Below the pieces are notes generated by a model that was given only the letters and a program-made list of their open reading frames with translations, was not told where the DNA came from and made no database searches. The translations under genes were made by a program, and so were the position numbers. Positions 51,380 through 64,000 of a stretch of DNA of 64,000 nucleotides are shown piece by piece (positions within the stretch are counted from its first letter, which is position 1; each line of letters opens with the position of its first letter). This DNA comes from Octopus bimaculoides (taxonomy: Eukaryota), in NCBI RefSeq assembly GCF_001194135.2, contig NC_068988.1:83285711-83349710 (forward strand), read 5' to 3'.

Positions 51380-52974
51380 GTAACTCTCTACTATTATGAT
51401 TTGTTCCTTTCTTTAAAAATGTTGATAGTATTTCCATGTAGCTATTGCATTTGGTTGAAAGTTTTTGAAGTGATTCTTCTGCATGTCCCTTCAAGGAAAC
51501 AGCACTTATCAAAAAAAAAAAAAAAACTTGTTTGTGTATTTGTTTTGTAAGATTCATGATGTGAAATTGCGTGTTGAAGCAGATATTGTTACATTTGGGG
51601 ATGTTTTTTTCTGGTTTGTTTTTTATTATTTGCCAATTAACTACATGCACTAAATACTTGGTCTTCACTTCAGCTATATTATTATTCAAGAAAATAATAA
51701 AGCTGAAGTGAAGACCACCAAGTATATAAGTGTGTGTGGCTAATTAGTAATATTTTGGACCAAAGTATATTGCATATATTTAGCATTTGTCAAGGATTTC
51801 AACAAATTTTGTTGAAGTATTATCTGGTATTAATCCTCATTTAATGTTCATGTTCCATAGTTTGACAAGATCTGAGAGGTCTGAAGACTGCATGCTCCAG
51901 TGTCAGCTTTGGAATGGTTTCTACAGTTGGGTACCCTTCTTGATACCACTTTGCAGCATATACTAGATGCTTTTTTTCATGGCACCAGCACCAGTGAGGT
52001 CACCATGCAGCTTGCAAGACCAATCTCCTTCAAATAAGTAGGACTACATTAGATAAAGAAGCAGCTTTAAATTAGGGTAAGAAGGATTCAAGTCTGAGAG
52101 AAAGGGCCCAAGCAGAACAGGTTTCTTGCAATAGAAGAGCTACATGGTTACTCACACTATAGAGTTGGGGTGGTTGGGGTGCAGCTGAAAAGAGATTAAA
52201 AGTGATGAGGTGTCACAGTGGATCCTCGAGATATAAGACAAGGTGAGCAGAAGTGAGTGTGGACAGGAGAACAGAGAATATTGGTGGGTTGAGGTTGGGA
52301 GGCTGTGTAGGAGAGTGAGAGGTGGAAAATGGGTGAGAAGGTGAATATTATGAGGAACAAGTCTTCTAAGATAAGTAGAAAAGGTAAGGAAGAGTCAGAA
52401 ACTAATGCAGTTTTTATTTGCATTACTTTTGATTTACCTTTGTATATGACATTGTATGTTGAAAGATGTTGCCATTAAATAAAATCTGGGCATTATCTTT
52501 CTCATTTCTTTGTAGGTGAACAATAAATAGTAATCAGTGGTGCTTTATCCTATATATACATTTAGTAATACTTAGTGAAGTACCACAAATAACATTCCAG
52601 AAGAAACTCTAGTAAATATGTTTGCTGTAATGTAGAAAATAAATACAGAACATAAATTAAAAGACAGATTTTATTCTATAAAAAAGTACCAAATGGAATA
52701 TATTTCCTACTTGCACTACTAGATAATAGTTGGTTCCAAAGGAGAAGCATTTACAAATGTATTGAATGCAGGTCTGTTTATACCCATGGTAGATTAAAAG
52801 AACTAATGTATGTGTAGTTAAGAAAGTCACTTTGCAACTGCATGGTTTCAAGTACAGTTCCACTGTGCAGCAACTTGGGCAAGTGTTTTCTACAATAGCT
52901 CTTGGGCTAATCATGTGTATACACTGAAATGTGCACACAAATATGTATATTATTTTTCAACATTATATTTTCAG

Positions 52975-53243
52975 ATCTGGATCCTTCACATATGGATTTA
53001 AGAGCCCAGAGTTTCCAGTTGGTACCTCTCTCAATGTCATGATTACTCATGTTACCAGTCCACAATATTTCCACTGCCAAGGTACAAGATATGCACCAGC
53101 ATTTGGCCAACTTGCAGACAAGATTCATATGCATTATTCCCAATTGCAACCTGAAGAGGAAATCTTGATGTTAGTATCACCAGGCCAACCGTGCATTGCT
53201 CAATATAGCATGGATAAATCGTGGTACAGAGCCAAAGTTAACC
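52975..53243 (+). CDS. Multi-Tudor protein exon (first half of extended Tudor domain 1)
   Basis: Acceptor attttcag. Encodes VMITHVTSPQYFHCQ...PCIAQYSMDKSWYRAKVN. Donor GTAAGT at 53244, phase 1. Confidence 0.9.
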
Positions 53244-53799
53244 GTAAGTTACTTTCAGTAAATTTGCAATTTTATTTTCGTCACACTACCACTATTCCTC
53301 AATTATCATCATCATAGGCGGTGCCCCAGCATGGCCACAGCTCATGAGCTGAAACTAGATAAAATGAAAAAAATGAATAGGCACAGGTATGGCTGTGTGA
53401 TAAGAAGCTTGTTTCCCAACCATATGGTTCCAGTTTCAGTCCCACTGCGTGACACCTTGGGCAAGTGTCTTTTACTATAGCCTCAGGTTGACCAAAGCCT
53501 TACAAGTGGATCTGGTTGAGTAAAAAATAGAAGGTAAATGATCATCATTGCCGTTAGTGATAACGGCTGTGAAATGTTAGTTCTCTTTTCGCAGCACACC
53601 TGTTTCGATTATCATTACAACTATCCCATAATCCTTATGATTGTCAGTGATAAAGGTTGTGAAATGTTAGTTGACTTTTCAAAGTACATCTAGTTTGTCC
53701 ACATATATCAACACGAATGTCGAATTCTAGTGTTTAATGTTATTTGTAGATAGATATATATATATATATATATATACACGCACACACGCACAGGTGCAT

Positions 53800-54136
53800 G
53801 GTGAAGGCGCATGACTCAGTGGTTAGAGCGTTGAGCTTACAATCGTGAGGTTGTGAGTTCGAATCCTGGACCGGGCTGCATGTTGTGTTCTTGAGCAAGA
53901 CACTTTATTTCATGTTGCTCCAGTTCACTCAGCTGTAGAAATGAGTTGCGACGTCACAGGTATCAAGCTGTATCGGCCTTTGCCTTTCCCTTGGATAACA
54001 CTCGTGGCATAGAGAGGCGAGGCTGGTATGCATGGGCGACTGCTGGTCTTCCATAAACAACTTTGCCCGGACTTGTGCCTTGGAGGGTAACTTTCTAAGT
54101 GCAATCTCATGGTCAGTCATGACCGAAGGGGGTCTC
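53800..54136 (+). mobile_element. Nearly full-length tRNA-derived SINE (family S3); degenerate copy at about 7870-7980 (-)
   Basis: A-box-like tgactcagtgg, B-box gttcgaatcc and CORE-like ttgagcaagacact. Ends before a (CA)n tract. Confidence 0.75.
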
Positions 54137-54270
54137 GGCATACACACACACACGTATGTATATATATGTATAAACTGGATTATCAGATGTTATGTATCAC
54201 AGGTCACAGTGCACTTCTTTGCAATGTTGTACCATTTGAATGACACCATTCTGCTGATCAGGAGGGCAGG

Positions 54271-54351
<81 letters not shown>

Positions 54352-55791
54352 CATACAGAGAGAGAGAGAGAGAGATATAATATTTGTATGTGTGGTTGCA
54401 GACATGGTTGTGTAGTTAAGAAGTTCACTTCTGAATCATTTGGTTTCAGGTTCAGTTTCACTGTGCATCACCTTGGGCAAGTGTCTTTCTATAGACTTAG
54501 ACCAACCAAAACCGGGTGTGTAGATTTGGAGAACAAAAACTGAAAGAAACTCATTTTGTATATGTCTATTATGCTTGCATTTGTGCTTCTCTGAAAATTC
54601 ACTTAGCTACAGGCAGGAACATTGCTGTCATTTCCCCCATCAACTGGTTATTTGCTGGCTTTTCACCTTCAATGATACATGAGAAAAGTTATTCTTTACT
54701 TGAAAAAGAAAAATCAAATAATAGTTAATGACAGAAAGGGTATCTAGCTGTAAAATAATGTCTCAATAATATACATACCTAACTCATTCTGGCATATAAA
54801 AACAATTGAGAAACAAAATAAGTTTGTATATATATATATATTTGTGTCTGTAAAACAGTGTGATGAATTATGTTCCTTTACAGTGAAGGAATCCTAGGTA
54901 TTCGTTAAATAGAGGACTGAAGTAATAAGTATTGGGTTTGATCTAATTGACTAAAGCCCTCATTTTGTGCACCAACTTGTAGTGTGCCAACAGTCCAATC
55001 ACTAATGTCAGTAAAATAAGAATCTAATTTGTCATTTCTTATAAACGTCGTAAACTTTCTGTAATGATAACATTGGTGATCTAATAACAATCTAATTAGT
55101 GTGAACTCTCTTCCTTTCTCTTTCTATCTCTTTCTCCTTCTCCCTTATAGGTTTTTATCATTTTTGGTCACATAATCCCAAAGCATATTTGTGTTTGACT
55201 CTTCACTTAACTCTCTTTTGGTTCAGTCACACCTTATGTGATTCTTAGAGAATTGTTCACTTTCTGTATTTCCTTGCTACCAAACTCTGCTTTTCTTGGG
55301 ATAGTACTGACATATATTGGTGTGAACCCTTTAACTTTCAGATTACACTGTCAAAGGTAATGTTTATTCATTCACATTGTTTTGAATTAATCATGCATTA
55401 TTTTGTAGCTTTGAGATTTTTATGTGATTGTATTTATTTAGAATGACATTGTAGGATAGGTATGAGAGGCCGAATGGGACTGGTTTAACCCTTTAGCATT
55501 CAAATCGGCCATATCTGGCCAAAATATTCTACCTGTTTTATGTTCAAACTGAAGAATAGTCACATCTTTGAAATCTCAAAGCTACAAGATAATACATGGT
55601 TAATTGAAAACAGTATGAATAGATAAGCATTACATTTGACAGTAATCTGAATGCTAAAGTGTCAAATACGAAAGGGTTAATGTTTATTAGGGTTTTGACA
55701 TTTTGAAATACATTCTTTACTTCAAATTCTGTACTCAAGTTATTTCCTGATACTAATATTATCATTGCTTTTTTCTTTTGTTTTATTTCAG

Positions 55792-58700
55792 GAGAACTGA
55801 CCAACAATATTATAGAAGTATTCTTCATAGATTATGGCAACATTGAACTTGTTCCCAAGCATCTTATTAAAGTGACAAAACCAGAATTTATGGAGATGCC
55901 TGCTCAAGGAATTCCATGTTGTCTGCATGGAGTCACAAATGTTCGGAGTTATTGGTCACCAGAACACATTGCTCAGTTTGAAGACTTGGTTCTTGAACAG
56001 TTTTTCACTGCCACTTTCAAGTCTGTCAGTTCAACTGGCATACATGCAGTGGAACTGAGTAAAGATGAAGATGTCTGTGTCAACCTCATATTTGGTCAGC
56101 TCACTAACAGTCTTTGTTTAGCTGGTAATGATGAAGATGATGATGACGATGATCAACTACAATGTGACCCGTCTCTTCGATCGGTCAGTGTTGGTCGTGA
56201 TAGGTCCAATTTAAAGGTCACTGTTGCATCAGAATCGAGAAATTCAACAAGCAAAAGAATCTCACCAAAAGGACGGTCTCCTGTAAAGAATGGTCGAAGT
56301 CAAAGGAATTTGCTCCCTAATGTCAATGGTTCTACTCCTAGTGATTCATATGCAAATGTGGGTTACCAAAACTACAAATTAAATGTTGGTGACAGCTTAG
56401 ATATCTGTATGATATTTTTGATAAGTCCACATGAATTTTGGTGTCAGCCTGTCTGTATGGGCAATGCTTTGAAAAGCTTGATGAAGGAACTGAATGAAAA
56501 CCAGTGTGACAATGCATATGGCACCTTTAAGACTATGCCGCCATCTCAAACACCATGTCTAGCTAAATTTACTGATGATGGCATGTGGTATCGAGCTGAA
56601 ATAGTAGATGTAAAACAAGACCAAGCAGCCGTTTTTTATGTTGATTATGGAAATGCTGAAATTTTACCATTTTCTCAACTGAGAATGTTGCCACATCGCT
56701 TTATTGATGTACCTACTATAGCTGTGAAATGTTCACTCAACTTACCTCCCGGAACTATTTGGTCTGAATCTCAGATAAATGCATTACAGGACTTAGCACT
56801 TGATCACCGAGTCACTGCAAAAGTATTGTCATGTTTACAGAAAACTTACGTCCTTGAATTGTTTGACCCACTGTCCAAAAAGAATCTAGTTTCCATTGTG
56901 GAAAATACAAATACTTTAAAACCCTTGACCATAGCGAATGGTACAAGTTTACCTGTTGTTATATCTTGGGTCAATAGTCCAGATGCTTTTTGGTTACAAC
57001 TGGTCAGCAATGAACATCAGCTAGATGAACTAGTGCAAAATATGCAAGATTATTATGACAAATTAAAAGAAAGATATGAAGGCAATGTAGCTGTTGGAAC
57101 TTTTGTAGTTGCCCAGTTCAGTGAAGACTCTGCATGGTATCGAGCAGTTGTTGAAGAGATATTTGTTTCTAGTGTACGTGTCCGGTTTGTGGACTTTGGT
57201 AATGATGAAGTTACACCTGTAACTAATCTGAAACCACTTGTTCCTGTATTCACCAGACATTGTTGTCAAGCTGTGCGTTGTCGCTTGATTGACATTAAAC
57301 CAATCTCTTTTGGAGAATGGGGACAGGATGCAAAACTATTTTTGGAAAACATTGAAGAAAATGTCATGTGTACTTTCAAGAAACAGGTTCAAAGTATATT
57401 CCATGTAGAACTGAAACTCAATGGAGTTTCCATAGCTGAGAAATTCTTACAGTTAGGACTGGCTGCAATAGTAAATGTTAAGCCTCAACAACATCAGGAA
57501 CCAAATGGACATCGCCAGTCAAAAAATATCATTCAAACTTACAAAGTTATACAACCACGTTTTGATAAACCAGCTGCTGTAGTAGTCTCTTACTACACTT
57601 CCATTTTTGATTTCTGGTGCCAGTTAGTTGGTTTTTCTGAGGAATTAGATATGCTGATGGATTCATTGGTAGCAGATGGCAACTCCTCAACTCTTCTCCA
57701 TATTAAACCAGGTGATCTGGTTGTTGGCAACCCATGTATTGCCAAAAAGCTGGGAAATAAGACTTGGTACCGAGCACTAGTGCTTGACATACAACACCAT
57801 AGTGTTGATGTTCTCTTTGTCGATTATGGAAATACTGAGAGAGTAACTTTTGAGAATATTCGTCAGATGACTTCCAAATATATGCAACTACCTCGGTTAG
57901 CTTCCCACTGTAAGTTGTCTGATGTATATTCTCACCTCTCTATTGTAAATGGTGTTTTTTCAGAACTTGTTCTCGAAAAATCAGTACAGGCCAAGTTCTT
58001 AAATTATGACCAGGCTACTGAAATTTATGAAGTGGATCTGATTGTGGACCATAATACATCTATTGTTGTCCACTTAGAACAGTTCATATCTAGCTCTGCT
58101 GCTCAGACATCAACTGCTCTTCACTTACCTGATACAATATCACGAAGTGATTCAAAGCTTTCCATTATTTCCAATGATGATAAACTACCAACTGGAGACA
58201 TCAAAGAAGTCTCTGTTTCCTATGTATACACACCAGAATGTTTTTATGTCCAGTTTTTAGATGATGATGATGTGATAGAAAGCTTAGCTGACGAATTAAA
58301 TGGTGAATATTCAAAGCAGTATTGGTTGGAGAAGTCTTTGACCTTAGTTGAAGTGGGAATGTTTTGCTGTGCTAAATATTACCTTGATGATCAATGGTAT
58401 CGTGCAGTTATAGTTGATTACACTACTGATGATGCTGCTGTTCGTTTTGTTGATTATGGTAATCAGGAAAGAGTTTCCCTCCAAGGCATCAAACCACTCG
58501 CTGAAAAGTTTCAGTCTATTCCATTTTTGGCTTATAAATTTTCTCTGGCTAATGTAATGCCCATTGAAGAGGAATGGTCAAGAAATGCCTGTGATATATT
58601 TGAAGACTTAGTTTTCAACAAAACACTAACCATCCAAAATATTGGCCAAGGAATGTGTGTTTTGATTGATGATGGTAACAACATTGCTTCTCTCTTTATC

Positions 58701-59445
58701 AAATCAGGATGTGCTAAGAATCTTATCACTGAATCAGCTGTGCTGACTCAACCGTCCAGTGCTGTGGAGCCACCAAAATCCTACTTGGATGTCATATTTG
58801 AAGATGAAAATGTTTTTGAAGCTAAAGATTCAATGCCAGATGTGTTGTTTGTTTCAAAACTTTTTGCTAACACTGCTGTGCCTTCTGAAAAAGTTCAGTG
58901 CCGCGTGACACATATCACAGACAGTAAAAAGCCTGGAATTTTCTATATCAGGCTTGCAACCATGGAAGAACAGTACTCAGAACTGTCCAAAAAACTCTAT
59001 TGTCAACCAGTCAATTACTGTGGCCCATCACTTAAAATAAATACCCTCTGTAGTGTGTTTAACCCCAATTCCTCTAATTTATGCCGTGGTGTTATTATTA
59101 GTGCAAAACCTAACCTCTTACTTGACATAAAATGTATTGATACTGGAGAGTATTTGAAAGATGTTCCTGCATCTTCTATACTTAATATTACTGCTGATAC
59201 CAACTTGACTACACTTCCTCCCCTTGCTCTGCCATGCACCTTAAAAAGTTGCCAAATGTGGAATGACCGCCTGCAAAGCAGGTTCCATCTCTCTACAAAT
59301 GCAAAATCCCTGTTTGTAAGCTTTGAATCTAAATCTAAGCCATATCTTGTTGAACTCTACTCTCTAAATGGACAGTTACTTGCTGAAATTATTTCTAATC
59401 AGGCCTCAATGCAAAATATTATCCAGAACCCTAATACAGATAAAC
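55792..59445 (+). CDS. Multi-Tudor protein giant exon (3654 bp; end of Tudor domain 1 plus domains 2-6)
   Basis: Acceptor ttttatttcag (55791), in frame with ORF 55872. Repeated SPxxFWxQ...WYRA...FVDYGN motifs. Donor GTAAGT at 59446, phase 1. Architecture resembles tudor/TDRD6/TDRD15; orthology not established. Confidence 0.93.
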
Positions 59446-60091
59446 GTAAGTGTTCAATTTCATTTCTAAAACTTTTTGCCTTCAGTATTGTCTTCTGACA
59501 GTACAGTTTTATTAATCAGAAATTGTTTAACACCAACATCTCTCCAAATTTCTTTCTTTCCAGCTGCTTCTTCACATAGCATGTTTAAAGTTGTTCCTGT
59601 AGATCTACTATGTACATTTTGTATGTCATATTCTAGTACATATTTTGCTTTTAGGTTTTTGCTATTTGAGTGGCCCAGTAACCTATATCAATCTTATTTT
59701 TACTCTGCTAATGCCCACAACTTACATATTGTAGCTAGAGGTTAATGAAGCAATGCCATAAGGGTTAACTTTCCAAACAAAAAAAAAAATCACAAAGAAT
59801 GAATGATAGTAGCAACATTTACTTCTTCTGTAAGGTAACTTTTTTCCTTTTACAGTATTATTTAATGTAATGTCTCATAGAAACAACAAACTTTTTTTTT
59901 ACCTATTTCATTGATATACTTTAACTAAACATTATTAATGTGGCACATTGAAAACTGATTGACAACCTGTATTATAGTTTGTCACTTAGTTCTGAATTAC
60001 CATCTATCTGGTTATCACATGACTCTTATTTCAGATTCAGAGTTACCATTTGCTAGCAGCCTCATTGCAAATCAAATTTTTTCTTTTACAG

Positions 60092-61163
60092 ATATTCTTC
60101 AGCCATTGGATCTTCTTCAGTTTGAATGCCTTGGTGTATATGTAACCCACCTAGTTACACCTGAGAACTTTTGGTGTCAGCCTGAAGAGAGTGTTGTTTC
60201 TCTGAAACAGCTTGAGAAAGAAATGAACCTGTATTGTAGCAATTGTGATAAAGGGAATAAGGCTGTGGATCTCCAGCTGTCCTCTCTCTGTGTTGTCAGG
60301 TCTGCTAAAGATGGTAAATTTTACCGAGGCAAAGTACAATCTTTGAAAAAGTTTAGCTGTGATATTCTACTTGTTGATTTTGGTAATACAGAAACTGTTG
60401 AACGCAAAAGCATTTGGCCATTGCATAAAGACTTTACAAAACTTCCAATGCAAGCATTTGAATGTCATTTGGCTTATGTGGAAGGCAAAAATAATTCATG
60501 GTCCCAGAACTCTTTCAGTATCTTTCAGAATTTATGCCTAAATCAGTTGATGACAGCTGAAATTTGCAGCATTTTGCAGCACCCTGGTGGTACAGGATAT
60601 GTGATAAACTTAACACTGAAAGGTAAGAATGTTGCTGAACTTCTTGTAGAACGAGAAATAGCTGAAGTCTATGACAAAGTTGAACTTTCAAACGATGTTA
60701 TTGTTGACCGTTCTGTTATGGATGTAATTGCATGGCTGCAGAAACAACAGTACTGGTGGAACCTGGTCTGTGGAGAATTGCTGAATATTCAAATCTGCAG
60801 TGTTGTATCTCAAAAGGAATTCTGGATAAAAATGTTTCCAAAAGTGCCTATTGTTGATAAGCTAAAGGATCTAATGGAAGAAATTTACCGAAGTTTAGCT
60901 CCTACTGAAGCTGCTGTAAGTGAATACCAAATCGGTGTTTTATATGCTGTTGTTGCTCCTGATGAGAATGTTTATCGGGCCATCCTAAAAGCTGTTACCA
61001 ATGAAGATTTAACAGTTTTTGATATTGACTGTGGTCTTACAAAAGTAGTACCCAGGGACTGTCTCAAAGAATTGTTTCATTTTCTTACTGACTTACCACC
61101 TTTAGCCATCCATTGTGAAATAGCCGAAGACCCAACTTCTGAATCTTTTGTGTCAGATTTATG
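60092..61163 (+). CDS. Multi-Tudor protein exon (extended Tudor domains 7-8); gene continues downstream
   Basis: Acceptor ttttcttttacag (60091), phase 1 compatible. Encodes VTHLVTPENFWCQ...FYRGKV...LVDFGN and a second, degenerate domain. Donor GTAAGT at 61164, phase 2. No stop reached. Confidence 0.9.
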
Positions 61164-62221
61164 GTAAGTGTCTTTAAACTACATTATATGCCTGTGATAC
61201 TAAATACCAGTTGAATCTTAGTTGATGTTAATGTTTACAATGGGAACAGGGTCATGTGTTTTGATCAGAGAGTTGACTTGGAACATAAAAATTTAACAAA
61301 AAGAATGTGTATCATGAGAGACCCCCTGTTAAAACAAAATTTTCCCTCATTTATGTATTTCTGCATCAGCTGTTATGAATGTAACAATGTGATTGGTAAC
61401 AGGAAGGACATCGAGTCATAGTACTCCAAACCAAGAATGAAATGAATAAACAAAATGTGGTCCTCTGACTTATTTAGGAGAGGATTAACTTTGAATAAGA
61501 ACTGATTCAGTCTTTGATGACCCATTTAACTTCTGCCAACATGGAAAGTGGATGTAAATTGATGCATCCATATATACTAATATATATTTTAATTCATCAT
61601 CATCGTCGTTTAACATCCACTTTCCATGCTAGCATGGGTTGGACTTGTCATAGCATATCTCTTTACTTATACCAAGTATATTTTACAGAAATATGATAGG
61701 TGCAGGCTTGGTTATACGGTTGAGCACTTCCCTTCCAAGTGATTTTGAGTTCAGTTCTGCTGTGTGTTACCTTTGGCATGACTTCCTCAAAAGCATGTGG
61801 CCAAATAAGGCATTGTGAGTGGGGTTATTAGACTTGAACTGAAAGATCATCATGGTGTGTGTGTTTACATCTGTGATTGCTTGTATGAAAGTTATAAATG
61901 GCAGTGTCATTACAACCAATCACTTCATCCCTTGGAAGCCATGTGAAATAAAAGATCTCTTACTTGAAAAACAGGTAAGGATTATCATTCAGGGATAGCA
62001 TTCAACTGTAAAACAATGTCTCGATAGCATATTCATCTAGCACATGCTAGCATGGAAAAATGGACATACAATGAACAACACACACATATACAAACACTTG
62101 GGTGTTACTCAATCCTTGTAGAGTTCATTTATTAAAAAACCTAATGATTTACAATAACACTACTCTTGAAGAAATGAATACAAATGAGAAACTAGCAATA
62201 ACAAGTACATTGGAGCTTTCG

Positions 62222-62354
<133 letters not shown>

Positions 62355-62437
62355 TGTCCGATGCAAACAAACAAGTTTGTTTCCAAAGTGTTGAAATGTA
62401 TTGTAGAACAAGTAGAAAGATAAGTTTTAATCAATGC

Positions 62438-62469
<32 letters not shown>

Positions 62470-62694
62470 CTCATCATCATTTAACATTGCATGGGTTAGA
62501 CGGTTTGCTTGGAACTGGTAAGCTGGAGGGTTGCATCAGGTCTGATTTGGCATGGTTTCTACAGCTGGATGCTCTTCCTAATGCCAAACACTCTGAGAAT
62601 GTAGTGTAATGGGTGCTTTTTACATGACACCAGCCACGGCTAGGATTTCACAGGTGCCATTTACATGGCACTGGCAACAGCTATGTGTGTGTTG

Positions 62695-62726
<32 letters not shown>

Positions 62727-62758
62727 TGTATGTATGTATGTACATGTGTATATGTGTG

Positions 62759-62802
<44 letters not shown>

Positions 62803-63493
62803 CATGCAGAGAGAGAGAGGTGTGACCACATCTGAAAAATTTTGAATCTTCTCCTACAAATATGAATTAATTTCCTAAGTACCATTAGATAGGGGCTACT
62901 TGTTATAGGGCTGAATTCCTGACCCAATTTCAGTCTCTGGGTTTTTTAAAATTTTGCATCATTCTTCCTTTACAACAAATGTAATTTATTTTTCCCTCTC
63001 ATATGAATCTGAGGGCTTCTCTTGAATTAAAAAAATAAAACTGGATGTCAACTACCCTTGTTTAGTGTATGACATTTAAACCAGCCTGTCAAGCCCAGAT
63101 ATCCTGCCTGTTTTATGTTCAAACTGGTTAGATCCAGCTTCCCACATCCACCCTACAATGTCATTCTAAAAATAATCAATCACATCTTTGAATTCTTGAA
63201 GCTATGAGACAATGCATGATTAATTCAAAATAATGTGAATAAGTAAACATTGCATTTGACAGTAATTGGAATGTTAAAGGGTAAGTAGATGTTTAGTAGT
63301 TGAGTGTGTATAAAGTATTGGTATTGAATTATTGGTTGATGGATCATATGGCTATTATACAAATGTGTTCACATTTAAATTAAAATGGATGAATGCTGTC
63401 GCGAGATTTACATTTATGAATTTGTTTTGCAAGATTCTTGATGTGAAATCATCTGTTGAAATAAATATTTCAGGTTAACCTTTCTTTTTTTAC

Positions 63494-63637
63494 TTTTGTT
63501 ACACATCTGTGACCTCTTCAGTGACCTTTTCCATCCACGTGTATCCTCCTGCTCCACTTAGAAAATGGACTAGGTGGAGCAAGAAAATACATGTGGATGG
63601 AAAGGCTTGCTGAAGAGGTCGCAGATGTGTGACAAAG
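63494..63637. repeat. Hairpin of two inverted copies of the 16885 hammerhead-bearing repeat
   Basis: 61-bp arms at 63501-63561 and 63570-63630, 10 mismatches, 8-nt loop. Each arm contains CTGAAGA G GTCRCA GATG TGT, homologous to 16891-16914. Confidence 0.85.
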
Positions 63638-64000
63638 ATTTCCAGACGATGGACATAAGATGAAGTAAGAACGAATATACAGTGTATGTGTTTATCTGGC
63701 ACAAAAAAAAAAAATTACCATCCCGATGCCACTATCCAGAGGGGCTGTGTGTATTTGGAGTTTTCTTTGTAACTATGTAATCTCACTGCATGGCACCTTG
63801 AGCAAGTACTTTCTAGTGTAGCCTCTTGTGAGTGAAATTGGAAGATGTCTCCTTAGACTGTCATCATGTCTCTATATACCTGTCACCTATTCTCAAACTT
63901 TGGCCTAAAACCCTATGAAAAATTCTCTATTGAATATGGTAATTTGACAAGGGAGTATGCGTGTACGTACACACACACATGCATGACGCATGATCTGCTA

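Noticed and set aside
53800-53875. tRNA gene candidate
   Set aside because: A and B boxes present but no complete cloverleaf, and it continues into a SINE body.
63380-63475. Possible next Tudor exon (NLFCKILDVKSSVEINIS before GTTAAC)
   Set aside because: No acceptor compatible with the phase-2 TG end of the previous exon; the obvious AG would create TGA.

Overview
AT-rich, repeat-dense eukaryotic genomic scaffold with 7 N-gaps. The SINE/LINE families and microsatellite load look cephalopod (Octopus-like); this is inference from recalled repeat families, not a search. Two spliced + strand genes can be rebuilt by hand with GT-AG junctions in matching phase. One is a complete 5-exon cytosolic sulfotransferase (984-14085, 288 aa). 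The other is the 5' part of a multi-Tudor scaffold gene (tudor/TDRD6/TDRD15-like, 51318 to beyond 61163, at least 8 extended Tudor domains, one 3654-bp exon). The rest is decayed retroelements (RTE, CR1-like, R4/Dong-like, HERO-like, Penelope-like), tRNA-derived SINEs and TIR-bounded MITEs. The most interesting unannotated signal is a set of minimal type-I hammerhead-ribozyme motifs at 16490, 16885, 20184 and 26634. Two of them lie 398 nt apart on one strand, and an inverted pair of the 16885 family forms a hairpin at 63494-63637. Several long intronic or intergenic fold-back repeats could also make dsRNA.
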